NCBI GenBank assembly: GCA_963841015.1
Contig: CAWJAX010000003.1
Location: 704,001-768,000 of the forward strand
Direction of reading: 5' to 3'
Source: an uncultured Methanoregulaceae archaeon
Lineage (GTDB): Archaea > Halobacteriota > Methanomicrobia > Methanomicrobiales > Methanospirillaceae
DNA length: 64,000 nt
Below are positions 20,016-29,932 of this stretch, piece after piece. Below the pieces are notes generated by a model, which saw only the letters and a list, made by a program, of their open reading frames with translations, had not been told where the DNA came from and made no database searches. Both the position numbers and the translations under genes were made by a program. The number at the start of each line of letters is the position of its first letter. Position 1 is the stretch's first letter.

Positions 20016-20855
20016 TTATAAAAAAACTGCAGAGAGCGTGAACACGACAAGAGAGGCAAACATACCGGCTTTCAGGAGATTTGAGGCGTTTGATGCTTTC
20101 ACACACCCGGGGGTTTCACAGCCCAGCGCTCGCAATGCAGCAATGATAAGAATGATATCAACAGCAATGATACCCCCAAGATACCATATCCCCCACCAGA
20201 AATAAGGAATAAAACTTGCCGCAACCGCAAGAGCAGTTGTAATAAGGGCAAGTTCTGAGGTTTTTTTGATGCCGATCCGTATTGGCAATGTATCTGCCCC
20301 GCCTGCCCTGTCTCCTTTCACATCCTCTGCATCTTTTAACAATTCACGGGATACCATAGCAAAGAAGGTGATGGCAGCGATAGGTATGATACGAACCATG
20401 CCGTCAAAGCCGTTTAATGCTCCACCAAATAAAAAAATGCTTGCCGAAAGGTATGCTACAACAATGTTGCCAATAAATGGTGTACTTTTAAGTTTTGCTG
20501 CATAGGCAATGAGAAGGACAACATTGAAGATTGCAATGCCAATACACAGGAGATTGGTAAAAAAACTTACAAGAATACCGGCCAGAAACAGCGTTATGGC
20601 AAATCCCCGTGCGGCTCCCCTGCTGACTGACCCGGAGGGAATGGGACGATCAGGACGGTTAATTGCATCAATTTCGGCATCGAAAAAATCATTGATTACA
20701 TTCCCCCCAGCGGTGATGAGTGCTACAATAAAAAAAAGGAGCAGGGACTCAGGAATCACCGTACCGGTGTCAATCAGGTAAGCAACGATGGCTGCAAGAC
20801 CGGCGACGAATGAATTTACCGGGCGGGTGATGATAATAAAACCTGCTAGCCTCAT
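20016..20855 (-). CDS. Digeranylgeranylglyceryl phosphate synthase (UbiA family)
   Basis: NDFFDAEIDAINRPDRPIPSG, RELLKDAEDVKGD motifs. Confidence 0.93.
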   Translation of the reverse strand: MRLAGFIIITRPVNSFVAGLAAIVAYLIDTGTVIPESLLLFFIVALITAGGNVINDFFDAEIDAINRPDRPIPSGSVSRGAARGFAITLFLAGILVSFFTNLLCIGIAIFNVVLLIAYAAKLKSTPFIGNIVVAYLSASIFLFGGALNGFDGMVRIIPIAAITFFAMVSRELLKDAEDVKGDRAGGADTLPIRIGIKKTSELALITTALAVAASFIPYFWWGIWYLGGIIAVDIILIIAALRALGCETPGCVKASNASNLLKAGMFASLVVFTLSAVFL

Positions 20856-20923
20856 TGGTTATCAGATCTGATAGAGGAAGTATAAAAATGCACTAAAAAG
20901 AGCGATACAATCGTCATTTGCTA

Positions 20924-20998
20924 CGGGCGAGGGGGGATTTGAACCCCCGGCATTCAGCTTAGGAGGCTGACGCTATGTCCGGGCTAAGCCACTCGCCC
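20924..20998 (-). tRNA. tRNA-Arg(CCT), no intron, CCA not encoded
   Basis: GGGCGAG/CTCGCCC acceptor stem; anticodon arm TCAGC-CTCCTAA-GCTGA; T-loop GGTTCAAATCC. Confidence 0.95.
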
Positions 20999-21059
20999 TG
21001 CCCATATCCATTGTGGAGGAATATGTATAAGTTTTGCGCGCTGCAACAATACTCTCGCA

Positions 21060-22177
21060 ATGGATTTAATCGAGGTAACGGAAGGAAAAACTACGTTTTT
21101 TGTCCCGACACAGGATGCAGCGACCCAGTTTCCTCCCGGAACCGCGCCGATCTTTTTTAACCGGAAAATGGAACTGAACCGGGATGCAACAATACTTATG
21201 GTTTCGGTAGTAAAACCATCAGACTACCTTGATGCGATGGGAGCTACCGGAGCCCGGGTATCAGGGTGGCAAATGAGTGTAACATTCCGGTCACGATTAA
21301 CGACCGTGATCCCGAGGGAATCGCCCTGATAGCCCATAATACAAGCCACGCGACACTGCCGATTGAGATTGTACAGCGGGATGCGAGCTCCCTGCTTTCA
21401 GAACGGTCATTTGATGCTGTGGATCTTGACCCGTTTGGAACACCGGCAATGTATATTGATGCAGCAGTGAAGGGTACCCGAAGGTTCCTCTTCATCACTG
21501 CTACGGATACCGCTCCATTATGCGGAGCCCACCTTAAAGCAGGTAAACGCCGCTACTTTGCACAACCTATGAACACGGAGTATCATGAGGAAGTGGGGCT
21601 GAGAATCCTGCTGGGATTTGTTGTCCGTGAAACGGTGAAATACGACCGGGGTGTGGAACCGATATTTTGTTTTGCCCATCAGCATTTTGTCCGGCTCAAC
21701 CTTCGGCTGCTCCGCGGAGCCAGTGCCGCAGATGATTCCATGAAGCGGATCGGATTTATCCTGCAGTGTAAGCAGTGTGCTTATCGCACTGAACAACAGG
21801 GGATGTTTCCGGAGATTGTTTGCTGTCCGCACTGCGATAAAAAACTTACCCCGATTGGTCCGCTCTGGCTTGGCAGTATCCGGCATGATGAAACACTCGT
21901 GCAGATGCGGGAGCAGCTGGATACGATGGAACTCGGCACAAAAAAAGACCTTATGAGACTCATCGATCTCTGCCGGAATGAATTGCCGACATCGAGTTTT
22001 TATGATTATCACCGTCTTACGAAAATTGCGGGCTGTTCACCACCCGATATCACTGCAGTAATTGGCCATATTATTGCTTCAGGATACCCCGCAACAAGGA
22101 CGCATTTCTCTGGTTACGGGATAAAAACAGAAGCACCACTTGCGGTAATTTTTGACGCGATTAGTGTTCGACAATGA
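21060..22177 (+). CDS. trm1: tRNA (guanine-26 N2)-dimethyltransferase Trm1 (frameshift near 21256)
   Basis: FFNRKMELNRD, GATGAR[G]IR, DLDPFG, GPLWLG motifs. Confidence 0.92.
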
Positions 22178-23273
22178 TCGTGAGCAGATCACTATCGATC
22201 AATTTGTGGGGCAACCCCACTCTCTGGCCCGGGTGTTTGACAGATTTTCCCCAGACCCGGGCATAACGGAACCGCTGGACGAAGTCACGGTGAAGTTTCG
22301 TGCAGACGTCCGCTACAGTACTTCCTGACCTGACAATGAGTGGTTCTTCCAGATCAGCTTCCCCGCCATGAGGTTTTAAATAAACCCTTATGAAACCGAG
22401 GCAGTCATAGATCGCATCCTTGACTTCCTCCAGATGATACCCCGCAGAAGCTGAAATCATGAGGGGGGGATTGCCGAAACGTTCAGTAATGTCGTGCTCG
22501 ATCTCAAGATACCTCTCCTTGTCGACCAGGTCAACCTTATTTACCGCAATAAATGCTGGTACATAGACGCGGTTCCCCTGTATCGCATCAATCAGGTCAT
22601 CCTGTGTTGCACCGCCACGGACAAGCACGTCCGCATTCATCATCTTGCTCTCGGCCAGGATAGATCGCACTTCCTCAATGTCCAGATTGAGCGTACCGAC
22701 TGCATGAAGACGAATACCCCCATGGGAGGATTTTTTGATAGTGATATCCGGTTTCGGGACATTGATTCGTATGCCGGCATCGTAGAGTTCTTTTAAGAGC
22801 ACATCGAAATGCCGCTCGTTAAATACATCAACAAGGATAATGATGATATCCGCGCCACGGACAACACCTATTACTTCTTTGCCCCGTCCCTTACCCATAG
22901 CAGCCCCGGCGATAAGTCCCGGAATGTCGAGCAGCTGGATCTTTGCTCCCTTATGCTCAAGAGCACCGGGTACAACCGTAAGCGTCGTGAATTCATATGC
23001 GGCAACCGCACTTGCAGTGCCGGTGAGTTTATTGAGAAGGGTACTTTTACCGGTTGAAGGGAAGCCGACAAGGACCGCAGTTGCATCACCGGACTTTTTT
23101 ACCGAATATCCTTCCCCTCCTCCACTGGATTTCATCGCACGGTTGACTGCATCATCACGGAGTCGTGCAATCTTTGCTTTAATCCGCCCGATATGCTTGG
23201 AAGTAGCCTTGTTGTACGGAGTCTTAGTCAGCTCCGCCTCCAGCTCCTGGATCTGTTCTTCAAGACCACTCAT
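22161..23273 (-). CDS. DRG/OBG-family GTPase
   Basis: TPYNKAT, GFPSTGKS, YEFTT, DIPG, NKVD; C-terminal TGS domain. Confidence 0.95.
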   Translation of the reverse strand: MSGLEEQIQELEAELTKTPYNKATSKHIGRIKAKIARLRDDAVNRAMKSSGGGEGYSVKKSGDATAVLVGFPSTGKSTLLNKLTGTASAVAAYEFTTLTVVPGALEHKGAKIQLLDIPGLIAGAAMGKGRGKEVIGVVRGADIIIILVDVFNERHFDVLLKELYDAGIRINVPKPDITIKKSSHGGIRLHAVGTLNLDIEEVRSILAESKMMNADVLVRGGATQDDLIDAIQGNRVYVPAFIAVNKVDLVDKERYLEIEHDITERFGNPPLMISASAGYHLEEVKDAIYDCLGFIRVYLKPHGGEADLEEPLIVRSGSTVADVCTKLHRDFVQRFRYARVWGKSVKHPGQRVGLPHKLIDSDLLTIIVEH

Positions 23274-23386
23274 TCTTATATTAATCGCAGCACGTCCGAG
23301 ATAAAGGTGTTTATGGCCGGACAAAAAATGCGCGAAAACCTCACCTGACACGTCGTAAAATGCCGGGAATGCCCGACATCAACACG

Positions 23387-23394
23387 TTTAAGTA
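23387..23394 (+). promoter_or_regulatory. Putative TATA box of tRNA-Glu
   Basis: TTTAAGTA about 30 nt upstream of the mature tRNA 5' end. Confidence 0.45.
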
Positions 23395-23424
23395 AAAATA
23401 TGGACTATGTTATTGAGCAATTGC

Positions 23425-23499
23425 GCTGCTATAGTGTAGTCCGGCCAATCATGCGAGCCTCTCACGCTCGCGACTGGGGTTCGAATCCCCATAGCAGCA
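23425..23499 (+). tRNA. tRNA-Glu(CTC)
   Basis: GCTGCTA/TAGCAGC acceptor stem; anticodon arm CGAGC-CTCTCAC-GCTCG; GGTTCGAATCC. Confidence 0.95.
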
Positions 23500-23662
23500 C
23501 TTTGGACTGATGGTTCTGTTCTCTGATTCTTTAACCTGATAACTACACCCGGAATAAGCACGTAGTATTTGTTGCCCGTACTGTGTTCGTCCTGCGATAC
23601 GATCTCTTTCGTGGGTTGAGGTAAATTTAAACGATAAGACTCAAAGAATCCCGTGGAGCCTG

Positions 23663-24805
23663 TTACCTCATAAGGGGGATCAGCTCATCATAGACCCGGT
23701 ATGTCCCGCCTGAGGACATCTGTGCAATGATTTCCACACGGTCGGTCTCTTTCGATCCCTCGAGAGTGATCTCGGTTACACCCTTCAGGGGCAGGATTAT
23801 CCCCGTTGCAACCGATCCGTCAGGATGGGTGACCTTGATATCCGCACTTTTAATGCTGCCCTCCCCGGCACTTCCTGCGAAAATAACCGAGATCTTTGAA
23901 GTTACCGGGTTTTTCTGGACCTGGAAGTAGAGCTTCTGGCCTGAGGGTATCAACTGCGTTGGCATTGGGACGAGAGCACGGGAGGCCGGGTGTGGTGTCG
24001 TTGTTAAGGTTGGCGGGATTGTCCTGTACGGTGTGGGTGTGATCTCCGCAGCTGGCAGATTGCTGTGGGTGATGAAACCTCCTCCCTCCGTGAGCATCGG
24101 CAGTGCGATGAAATAAACGGCTGCAATAATGGCTATCAGCACAATGCATCCTCCGATAATCCTTGTCTTGGTTACCCGTGATTTTGCCGGTGCCTCCGGC
24201 TTCACCGGAGATAAAAACAGCGCATCATCGACGGTCTCTGATGATACCCGCCTTGGTGGTGCAGAAACCGTGGCCGGTTTTTGTGCCTCACGTTTTATGG
24301 AAGTCGGGGGTTGTGGCTTATGGTAGGATTCCAGAGTCTCATCCTCCCCATATTCCTTCCCATATTGTTCCAGTAATTCATCCGTATCCGGTTCCTGAAT
24401 ATCCTTTTTAAAATGGGGCGGAGTCTCATCCTCATCCGGCACGATGTTTTCTTCATCATTGTCTTCCGGTAATTCATCCGGTTCTGGTTCCGGAATTTCC
24501 ATCTCATCCCGATCAGAGGTCTGATCTTCAACCGGCCCGGTGTTCTCTTCCTCAGAGTCTTCCGGTAAATCATCCGCTTCCGGTACTTCTCCCGGGATAA
24601 CCGGTGCTCCACACAAATCGCAATACTTTACCGGAGCTATGAACTGAGTACCGCATTTGCTGCAGGTTGACAGTTCCGGTATCCGCGTCCCGCAGGTTTT
24701 ACAGAATTTATAGCCGGGCTCGACTGGCCTGTTGCAGGTGGGGCAGGTATGCCTGACCTTTCGTGGTGAGACCGGATTCTGCATTGAACGCAGTTTAGCT
24801 TTCAC
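23663..24805 (-). CDS. Double zinc-ribbon, acidic-linker, single-TM membrane protein
   Basis: Four CxxC pairs, D/E-rich repeats, TM segment IIGGCIVLIAIIAAVYFIAL, Pro/Thr linker, beta-rich C-terminal domain. Confidence 0.8.
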   Translation of the reverse strand: MKAKLRSMQNPVSPRKVRHTCPTCNRPVEPGYKFCKTCGTRIPELSTCSKCGTQFIAPVKYCDLCGAPVIPGEVPEADDLPEDSEEENTGPVEDQTSDRDEMEIPEPEPDELPEDNDEENIVPDEDETPPHFKKDIQEPDTDELLEQYGKEYGEDETLESYHKPQPPTSIKREAQKPATVSAPPRRVSSETVDDALFLSPVKPEAPAKSRVTKTRIIGGCIVLIAIIAAVYFIALPMLTEGGGFITHSNLPAAEITPTPYRTIPPTLTTTPHPASRALVPMPTQLIPSGQKLYFQVQKNPVTSKISVIFAGSAGEGSIKSADIKVTHPDGSVATGIILPLKGVTEITLEGSKETDRVEIIAQMSSGGTYRVYDELIPLMR

Positions 24806-25047
24806 GTATTAAAAAGGTGGGGCATTCAGCCGGATTTTCCGTGGCATTCTGATACGGTTGCCTCCAGAGAACACCCAAATTCAGGAAAGCCATAGTTGAA
24901 ACTATGGACCTCCCCAAAATGTTCGAGAGTTAAATTCTGTCATTTCTGAATAAAAGTCACAGATCTTAAGATTCTTATTTTTGCGAATGTTTTGTTGAAT
25001 TTTTCCGGATAAGAAACAATATCATACCAGAAATAAAAGGGGAATAC

Positions 25048-25536
25048 ATGAGGTACCCCCTTTTTATCGTTTTACTGGGAGCCGTAATTACTGCCGGTTG
25101 TATCAATACTGTACCCACACAAATTTTTCGTCCAGACGCGACAAAAGCAGAATTTGGGTCTGCCTACTCAGATTCCGAACAGGCAGTCACGGTATTTTCA
25201 GCGCAAAAAACAAAAACATTTACCTCAATTTTTTTCAATGTTTCCACTACAAAAGAAGCAGCATATGGAAATACCTTTGTCATTATTGATGCCCAAATTC
25301 AAAATACTGGTGCTGACAGAATCACGGTAATTCCCCATAGATTCAATATTGTTGATTATGATGGAAACAGATTTGAGAAAGAACCTTACCATGGAAGTGA
25401 ATGGTTGATGGCCGGCGAACTTTTCAAAAATCAATATAAGAAAGGCAAGGTGCTGTTTGAAATTCCGCAAAACTCAAAAGATTTGATTTTATATTATGAC
25501 ATGAATGGCAAATTATTTTCCTGGAAAATCAATTAA
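25048..25536 (+). CDS. Putative lipoprotein, DUF4352-like Ig fold
   Basis: Lipobox ITAGC; FVIIDAQIQNTG...F.IVD.DGN...GKVLFEIP; AT-rich. Confidence 0.7.
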   Translation: MRYPLFIVLLGAVITAGCINTVPTQIFRPDATKAEFGSAYSDSEQAVTVFSAQKTKTFTSIFFNVSTTKEAAYGNTFVIIDAQIQNTGADRITVIPHRFNIVDYDGNRFEKEPYHGSEWLMAGELFKNQYKKGKVLFEIPQNSKDLILYYDMNGKLFSWKIN

Positions 25537-25648
25537 CCCAATTAACACATGGTTTTTGAGAAGATGACTCCTCATACCCCACCCTGAAAAAGATCATGAG
25601 AAAGGCAAATAGTAGAATATTAAAAAATACCTGAAATGGGTTATGCAT

Positions 25649-25837
25649 TCAGTTTGCACGCCATCGCTTCACAACAATATCATCGCCCTTCTTTTTTATC
25701 TCCACTTTGATCTTTCCTTCTTTGTAGTCCGTCTCAAATATCCCCACCTTTTTTGTGTCGATGAGCTGTTGCAGTTTCAGCATATCCTTCCTTGTCATTC
25801 GTTTGAAATCATCCCCTTCAAAACTGACCTTAACCAT
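25649..25837 (-). CDS. Small basic hypothetical protein
   Basis: 62-aa ORF preceded by a strong GGAGG SD. Confidence 0.6.
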   Translation of the reverse strand: MVKVSFEGDDFKRMTRKDMLKLQQLIDTKKVGIFETDYKEGKIKVEIKKKGDDIVVKRWRAN

Positions 25838-26002
25838 TTTTTTACCCTCCCTGAAGTGTTGTATTATTCAACGCACGTATCAATGTAGCGCGTTACGTGT
25901 TCTGACCCTTTCATACCGCCCGGATCCTGATTGCCCAGCATTTTCGGCGATTTTAACCGAAGCATTAAATATCGCATCCCTGCTAACCCTATATGAGGAG
26001 TT

Positions 26003-26362
26003 ATGAGCAGGGAAAAGATAAAAGTCCCCGGAAAGGTATACGAGGAGTTAATCGCCCTCCAGCGCGAAATCCATTTCACTCAGAATCATCAGGACACGAT
26101 CAAAAAGGCACAGGATCGGGGTTATATGAACGCTGCAAACTGGATACGCCAGAATGAAAATGCGTATAAGATAGGATTTGCGTGGGGTTTCGAACCATCT
26201 GGCGATGAGCCGAAAGGCACTCTCAAAGAGATTCCCCCAAAGGAAGCTCCGGCACCAAAACGAACAATTTCCCGTCCTCCACCCCCAGCAGGCAAAAAGA
26301 CCCAGAAATCCACCAGCTCAAAAGGCATTATTGCCAGTATTAAAAAAATGTTTGGGAAATAA
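26003..26362 (+). CDS. Hypothetical protein with Pro/Lys-rich tail
   Basis: GAGGAG SD before ATG; protein-like composition. Confidence 0.7.
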   Translation: MSREKIKVPGKVYEELIALQREIHFTQNHQDTIKKAQDRGYMNAANWIRQNENAYKIGFAWGFEPSGDEPKGTLKEIPPKEAPAPKRTISRPPPPAGKKTQKSTSSKGIIASIKKMFGK

Positions 26363-26428
26363 TTCTGATTTTATCCTTTTTCATGAAAGAACAAAACTAC
26401 TATTCCCTACAATAACGGTGTATATTGT

Positions 26429-26569
26429 ATGCCAACGTGCAGTGAATGTGTAAGTTATGCACCAAAAACCGAAGATCATGGCGATTGCCGCATCAATGGT
26501 GAGACGACTCCCGACCGTGACAGCGAACGATGTCCTTCACGCACTTTTATTCCAAAGCCGGTAAAATAA
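26429..26569 (+). CDS. 46-aa four-cysteine protein, BssC/HiPIP-like spacing; absent from the ORF track
   Basis: MPTCSECVSYAPKTEDHGDCRINGETTPDRDSERCPSRTFIPKPVK; co-oriented with its neighbours. Confidence 0.7.
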   Translation: MPTCSECVSYAPKTEDHGDCRINGETTPDRDSERCPSRTFIPKPVK

Positions 26570-26588
26570 TATAAACGGATATCAAACT

Positions 26589-26936
26589 ATGCCACGTGAA
26601 CTTACCGAGAAAGACATAGCAATTCTGAAAAAACTCGCACCGGAATGCGGTGATCTTACCTGTTCCGGGTCCGGGCATATGTTCCATTCCATCCTTCCAC
26701 CGGTTTCCAACCATTTCGCGGAAGATGGTGAAGATTTTATTCGGCGGATCAGCATCCTCTCTGATGAAGAACTTTCCTATATAACCGACATGATCATCAA
26801 AGGAGAGGAGAGCATGGGTTGCCTCCCGGTCGAGGATATCGAAGCGCTCGTCCGTCTTATCGACGACCGGCTCTCTGCGGATATCGCACAAAAAGTTATT
26901 ACAGCCTATGAATCCGGTGGCGAGTGTGAGCATTGA
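26589..26936 (+). CDS. Hypothetical protein with Cys/His motif
   Basis: 115-aa ORF containing LAPECGDLTCSGSGHMFHS. Confidence 0.72.
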   Translation: MPRELTEKDIAILKKLAPECGDLTCSGSGHMFHSILPPVSNHFAEDGEDFIRRISILSDEELSYITDMIIKGEESMGCLPVEDIEALVRLIDDRLSADIAQKVITAYESGGECEH

Positions 26937-27424
26937 TTTTTCTTTTTCATTACGCCGATATTTCACACCTGGTTACTGAACTTCACGACCCGACCATAAA
27001 AAAACGACGGGCAGCGGCGATGCAACTCGGTAAATCCGGCAAGCTGTCAGCTATTCCACCGCTGATTGAGGCGCTGTCTGACACCCACCCCCAGGTCCGA
27101 TGTGAGAGTGTACAGGCGTTAGGAAAGCTGGGGGATTCATCAGCGGTTAACGGATTGATTGTCTGCCTGGATGACACGGACGTGGAAGTCCGGGCAGCTG
27201 CCATTGCTGCGATCGGAAAGATCAAAGACCGTGATGCCGTTGATCCTCTCATCAGGTGCCTTTCCGACAAGGAAATTATCATCAGGATCGGCGCTGCGGA
27301 AGTGCTGGGGAAATTGGGGGATCGCAGGGCAATAAAACCATTAAAGACACTTGGGCATGACCGATTTTCTGATGTCCGGGAAGCAGCAGCAGAAGCTCTC
27401 CGGAGACTTCAGGTAAGATCCTGA
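26933..27424 (+). CDS. HEAT/PBS-lyase repeat protein
   Basis: Repeated A..LG..G...A...LI..L.D units. Confidence 0.9.
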   Translation: MIFLFHYADISHLVTELHDPTIKKRRAAAMQLGKSGKLSAIPPLIEALSDTHPQVRCESVQALGKLGDSSAVNGLIVCLDDTDVEVRAAAIAAIGKIKDRDAVDPLIRCLSDKEIIIRIGAAEVLGKLGDRRAIKPLKTLGHDRFSDVREAAAEALRRLQVRS

Positions 27425-27628
27425 TACTGTGTTGCCTGCCTTTCTCAATATTTGGATTATAGCACCACCAGGACCATAAGTAATGGCAGTGTGCAGTCAG
27501 GCAACACCAAAACTGATTACACCTGGTATTCACTTCGCAATCCTCTGTTGTTTAAGAATATCCTGTTGCCACAGCGTGTGGATTTTTATGGCTTCGTGCC
27601 ATACCACTGGTTTAGAGAGGGTGAACCG

Positions 27629-28537
27629 ATTTCTGAAATTATCGAGGCAGAGGATCTGAAAAAAAAATTTGGCGATATCATTGCAGTCGATACTATCAGT
27701 TTCACCGTAAAAAAAGGGGAAGTATTCGGATTTCTCGGTCCTAACGGGGCAGGTAAGACCTCGACCATGAAAATAATTGCGTGCGTCTCCCCAAGGACTT
27801 CAGGAATCCTGCGGGTATTTGGTATGGACCCGGAGACACATCCTGCAGAAATCAAACATCGGCTCGGGGTTGTGCCGCAGGAAACAAATCTCGATCCGGA
27901 TTTTACCTGCTTTGGGAATCTGTTTACCTACTCACGGTACTTTGACATTCCACCCGACATTGCACGTCAGAGAGCTGAGGAGCTTTTAGAATTTGTCCAG
28001 TTACAGGAAAAAAAGGACGTTACCGTAGAGAAACTTTCCGGGGGAATGAAGCGTCGGTTAATCCTTGCACGAGCTCTCGTTAATAATCCGGATTTGCTTA
28101 TTCTCGATGAGCCTACAATCGGGCTTGACCCCCAGGCACGACATTTGATCTGGGAGAGGCTCAAAATGCTTCAGGCACAGGGTAACACGATCGTACTTAC
28201 GACGCACTACCTCGAAGAAGCGGCCCGGCTTTGCGACAGACTCGTAATCATGGATAATGGTAAAATCCTTGTTGAAGGATCACCCACAGACCTTGTGAAG
28301 CAGTATGTCGGCAAAGAGATCGTAGAAGTAGAGAAGACAGAAGAAGTGCTTTCCTGTCTTGCTGAAAAAAACATCTCCTTTGAACTGATTGGTGACACGG
28401 TGCAGATCGCGACCGGATCATCCCGCGAAATCATTCGCACCCTGTTCGATAACTGCTCTCCTCAGAAAGTCCTGACCCGGCCTGCAACACTCGAAGATGT
28501 ATTCCTGAAACTGACAGGCAGGAAGCTGAGGGAGTAA
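27629..28537 (+). CDS. ABC-2 type exporter ATP-binding subunit (NodI/DrrA-like); probable ATT start
   Basis: GPNGAGKT, LSGGMKRR, LDEP; GAGGGTGA SD 4 nt before an in-frame ATT. Confidence 0.93.
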   Translation: MSEIIEAEDLKKKFGDIIAVDTISFTVKKGEVFGFLGPNGAGKTSTMKIIACVSPRTSGILRVFGMDPETHPAEIKHRLGVVPQETNLDPDFTCFGNLFTYSRYFDIPPDIARQRAEELLEFVQLQEKKDVTVEKLSGGMKRRLILARALVNNPDLLILDEPTIGLDPQARHLIWERLKMLQAQGNTIVLTTHYLEEAARLCDRLVIMDNGKILVEGSPTDLVKQYVGKEIVEVEKTEEVLSCLAEKNISFELIGDTVQIATGSSREIIRTLFDNCSPQKVLTRPATLEDVFLKLTGRKLRE

Positions 28538-28538
28538 T

Positions 28539-29324
28539 ATGTACCGCTTCTGGTCAATCCCTCCTGTAACACGACGTGCGTTGAAGGTCTGGCACCGAAA
28601 CCTCGTGGTCTTTTTCAGGACCTGGAAAGTAAACTTTTTCCCCCCGTTGATCGAAGCATTCCTGTACCTGTTTGCCATAGGCATGGGAATCGGCAGTTAT
28701 GTGAAGGAGATCGACGGCATACCGTATATAAACTTCATCGCACCGGCAATCCTTGCTATCTCGGTCATGAACTCAGCATTTTTTGAGTGCACCTACGGAT
28801 CCTATGTCAGGATGTATTACCAGAAGAGTTTCGATGCTATGATCGCTACTCCATTATCGATCGACGATGTGATTGCGGGAGAACTTCTCTGGGGAGCAAC
28901 CCGGAGCCTGTTGTATGTAATTATTATGCTTCCGGTCTTTGTTGTGTTTGGCGTCATCTCATTTCCAACATCACTGCTTGCAATCCCGCTTGCATTTCTG
29001 GGGGGACTCATGTTTGCCGGTATCGCGATGTGTTTTACTGCGATAACTCCCAGTATCGATACCCTGAACTATCCCTCATTCCTTTTTATTACCCCGATGA
29101 CCCTTTTCTCAGGTACGTTCTTCCCCCTGACCCTGCTGCCAATACTTTTCCAGTATATTGCACTTATACTGCTTCCGCTCACCCACCTTGTTGCCATTAT
29201 GCGGATGCTCACATTGCCTGATCTTACCGGGATGGCGGTGCTCAATCTGGTATATATGATCGTGGTGACTGCAATCTTCTGTATTGTTGGCATCAACCTG
29301 ATGCGGAGACGCCTGATAGTATAA
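28539..29324 (+). CDS. ABC-2 type exporter permease (NodJ-like)
   Basis: About six TM segments, FSGTFFP, LPLTH. Confidence 0.92.
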   Translation: MYRFWSIPPVTRRALKVWHRNLVVFFRTWKVNFFPPLIEAFLYLFAIGMGIGSYVKEIDGIPYINFIAPAILAISVMNSAFFECTYGSYVRMYYQKSFDAMIATPLSIDDVIAGELLWGATRSLLYVIIMLPVFVVFGVISFPTSLLAIPLAFLGGLMFAGIAMCFTAITPSIDTLNYPSFLFITPMTLFSGTFFPLTLLPILFQYIALILLPLTHLVAIMRMLTLPDLTGMAVLNLVYMIVVTAIFCIVGINLMRRRLIV

Positions 29325-29377
29325 CAGATGAACCTTTAATAAAACTGATTCACCCTGATTTTTTATTGCGAAAAAGT

Positions 29378-29932
29378 CTAATCCTTTCGCACAATTTTAA
29401 GAACATACAGGATCTCGTCCTCAACATTTCTCCTGAGAACAATTTCTGAAACAAACCCCGCCTTAAAAAAAAGATCCCGTACTTCAGGCAACCCGGTAAG
29501 CGATGATATCAGCAATAAAATTCTCCCGCCCGGTGCTAAAACGCGATCGACAGCTGCAGAAAAACGTTCAATCACGACACGTCCGTTCAGTCCCCCATCG
29601 AGTGCATGCTCAAGCCAGTCGTCAATCCGCTCCTCCGGTTGTGTGGGAAGGTAGGGAGGATTGAACACGATAAAATCAAAGCTGCTCCGGATCCCACAGA
29701 ACAGATCGCTTTGCACCACATCAACACCCCTTTTTCTGGCACAGAGAACCGCATGCGGGTTGATATCGGTTGCAACTACCCCGGTAACCTTTGCCAGTTC
29801 AGCAGCAATCAGCCCTGATCCTGTACCGATTTCAAGAACGTGGTCGCCTGCCTTTACCTCCTCCCGTGCTGCATCCAGCAGGAGGTAGGTGTCAGCTTCG
29901 GGTTTATAGACCTGGGACGGATCGTGAGGCAT
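29378..29932 (-). CDS. HemK2/Mtq2-like protein glutamine methyltransferase
   Basis: VY.P..DTYLL, EIGTGSG, NPPY motifs. Confidence 0.92.
   Translation of the reverse strand: MPHDPSQVYKPEADTYLLLDAAREEVKAGDHVLEIGTGSGLIAAELAKVTGVVATDINPHAVLCARKRGVDVVQSDLFCGIRSSFDFIVFNPPYLPTQPEERIDDWLEHALDGGLNGRVVIERFSAAVDRVLAPGGRILLLISSLTGLPEVRDLFFKAGFVSEIVLRRNVEDEILYVLKIVRKD

Noticed and set aside
23500-27450. Intact integrative element or provirus at tRNA-Glu
   Set aside because: No integrase, replication or structural genes, and no duplicated tRNA 3' end found
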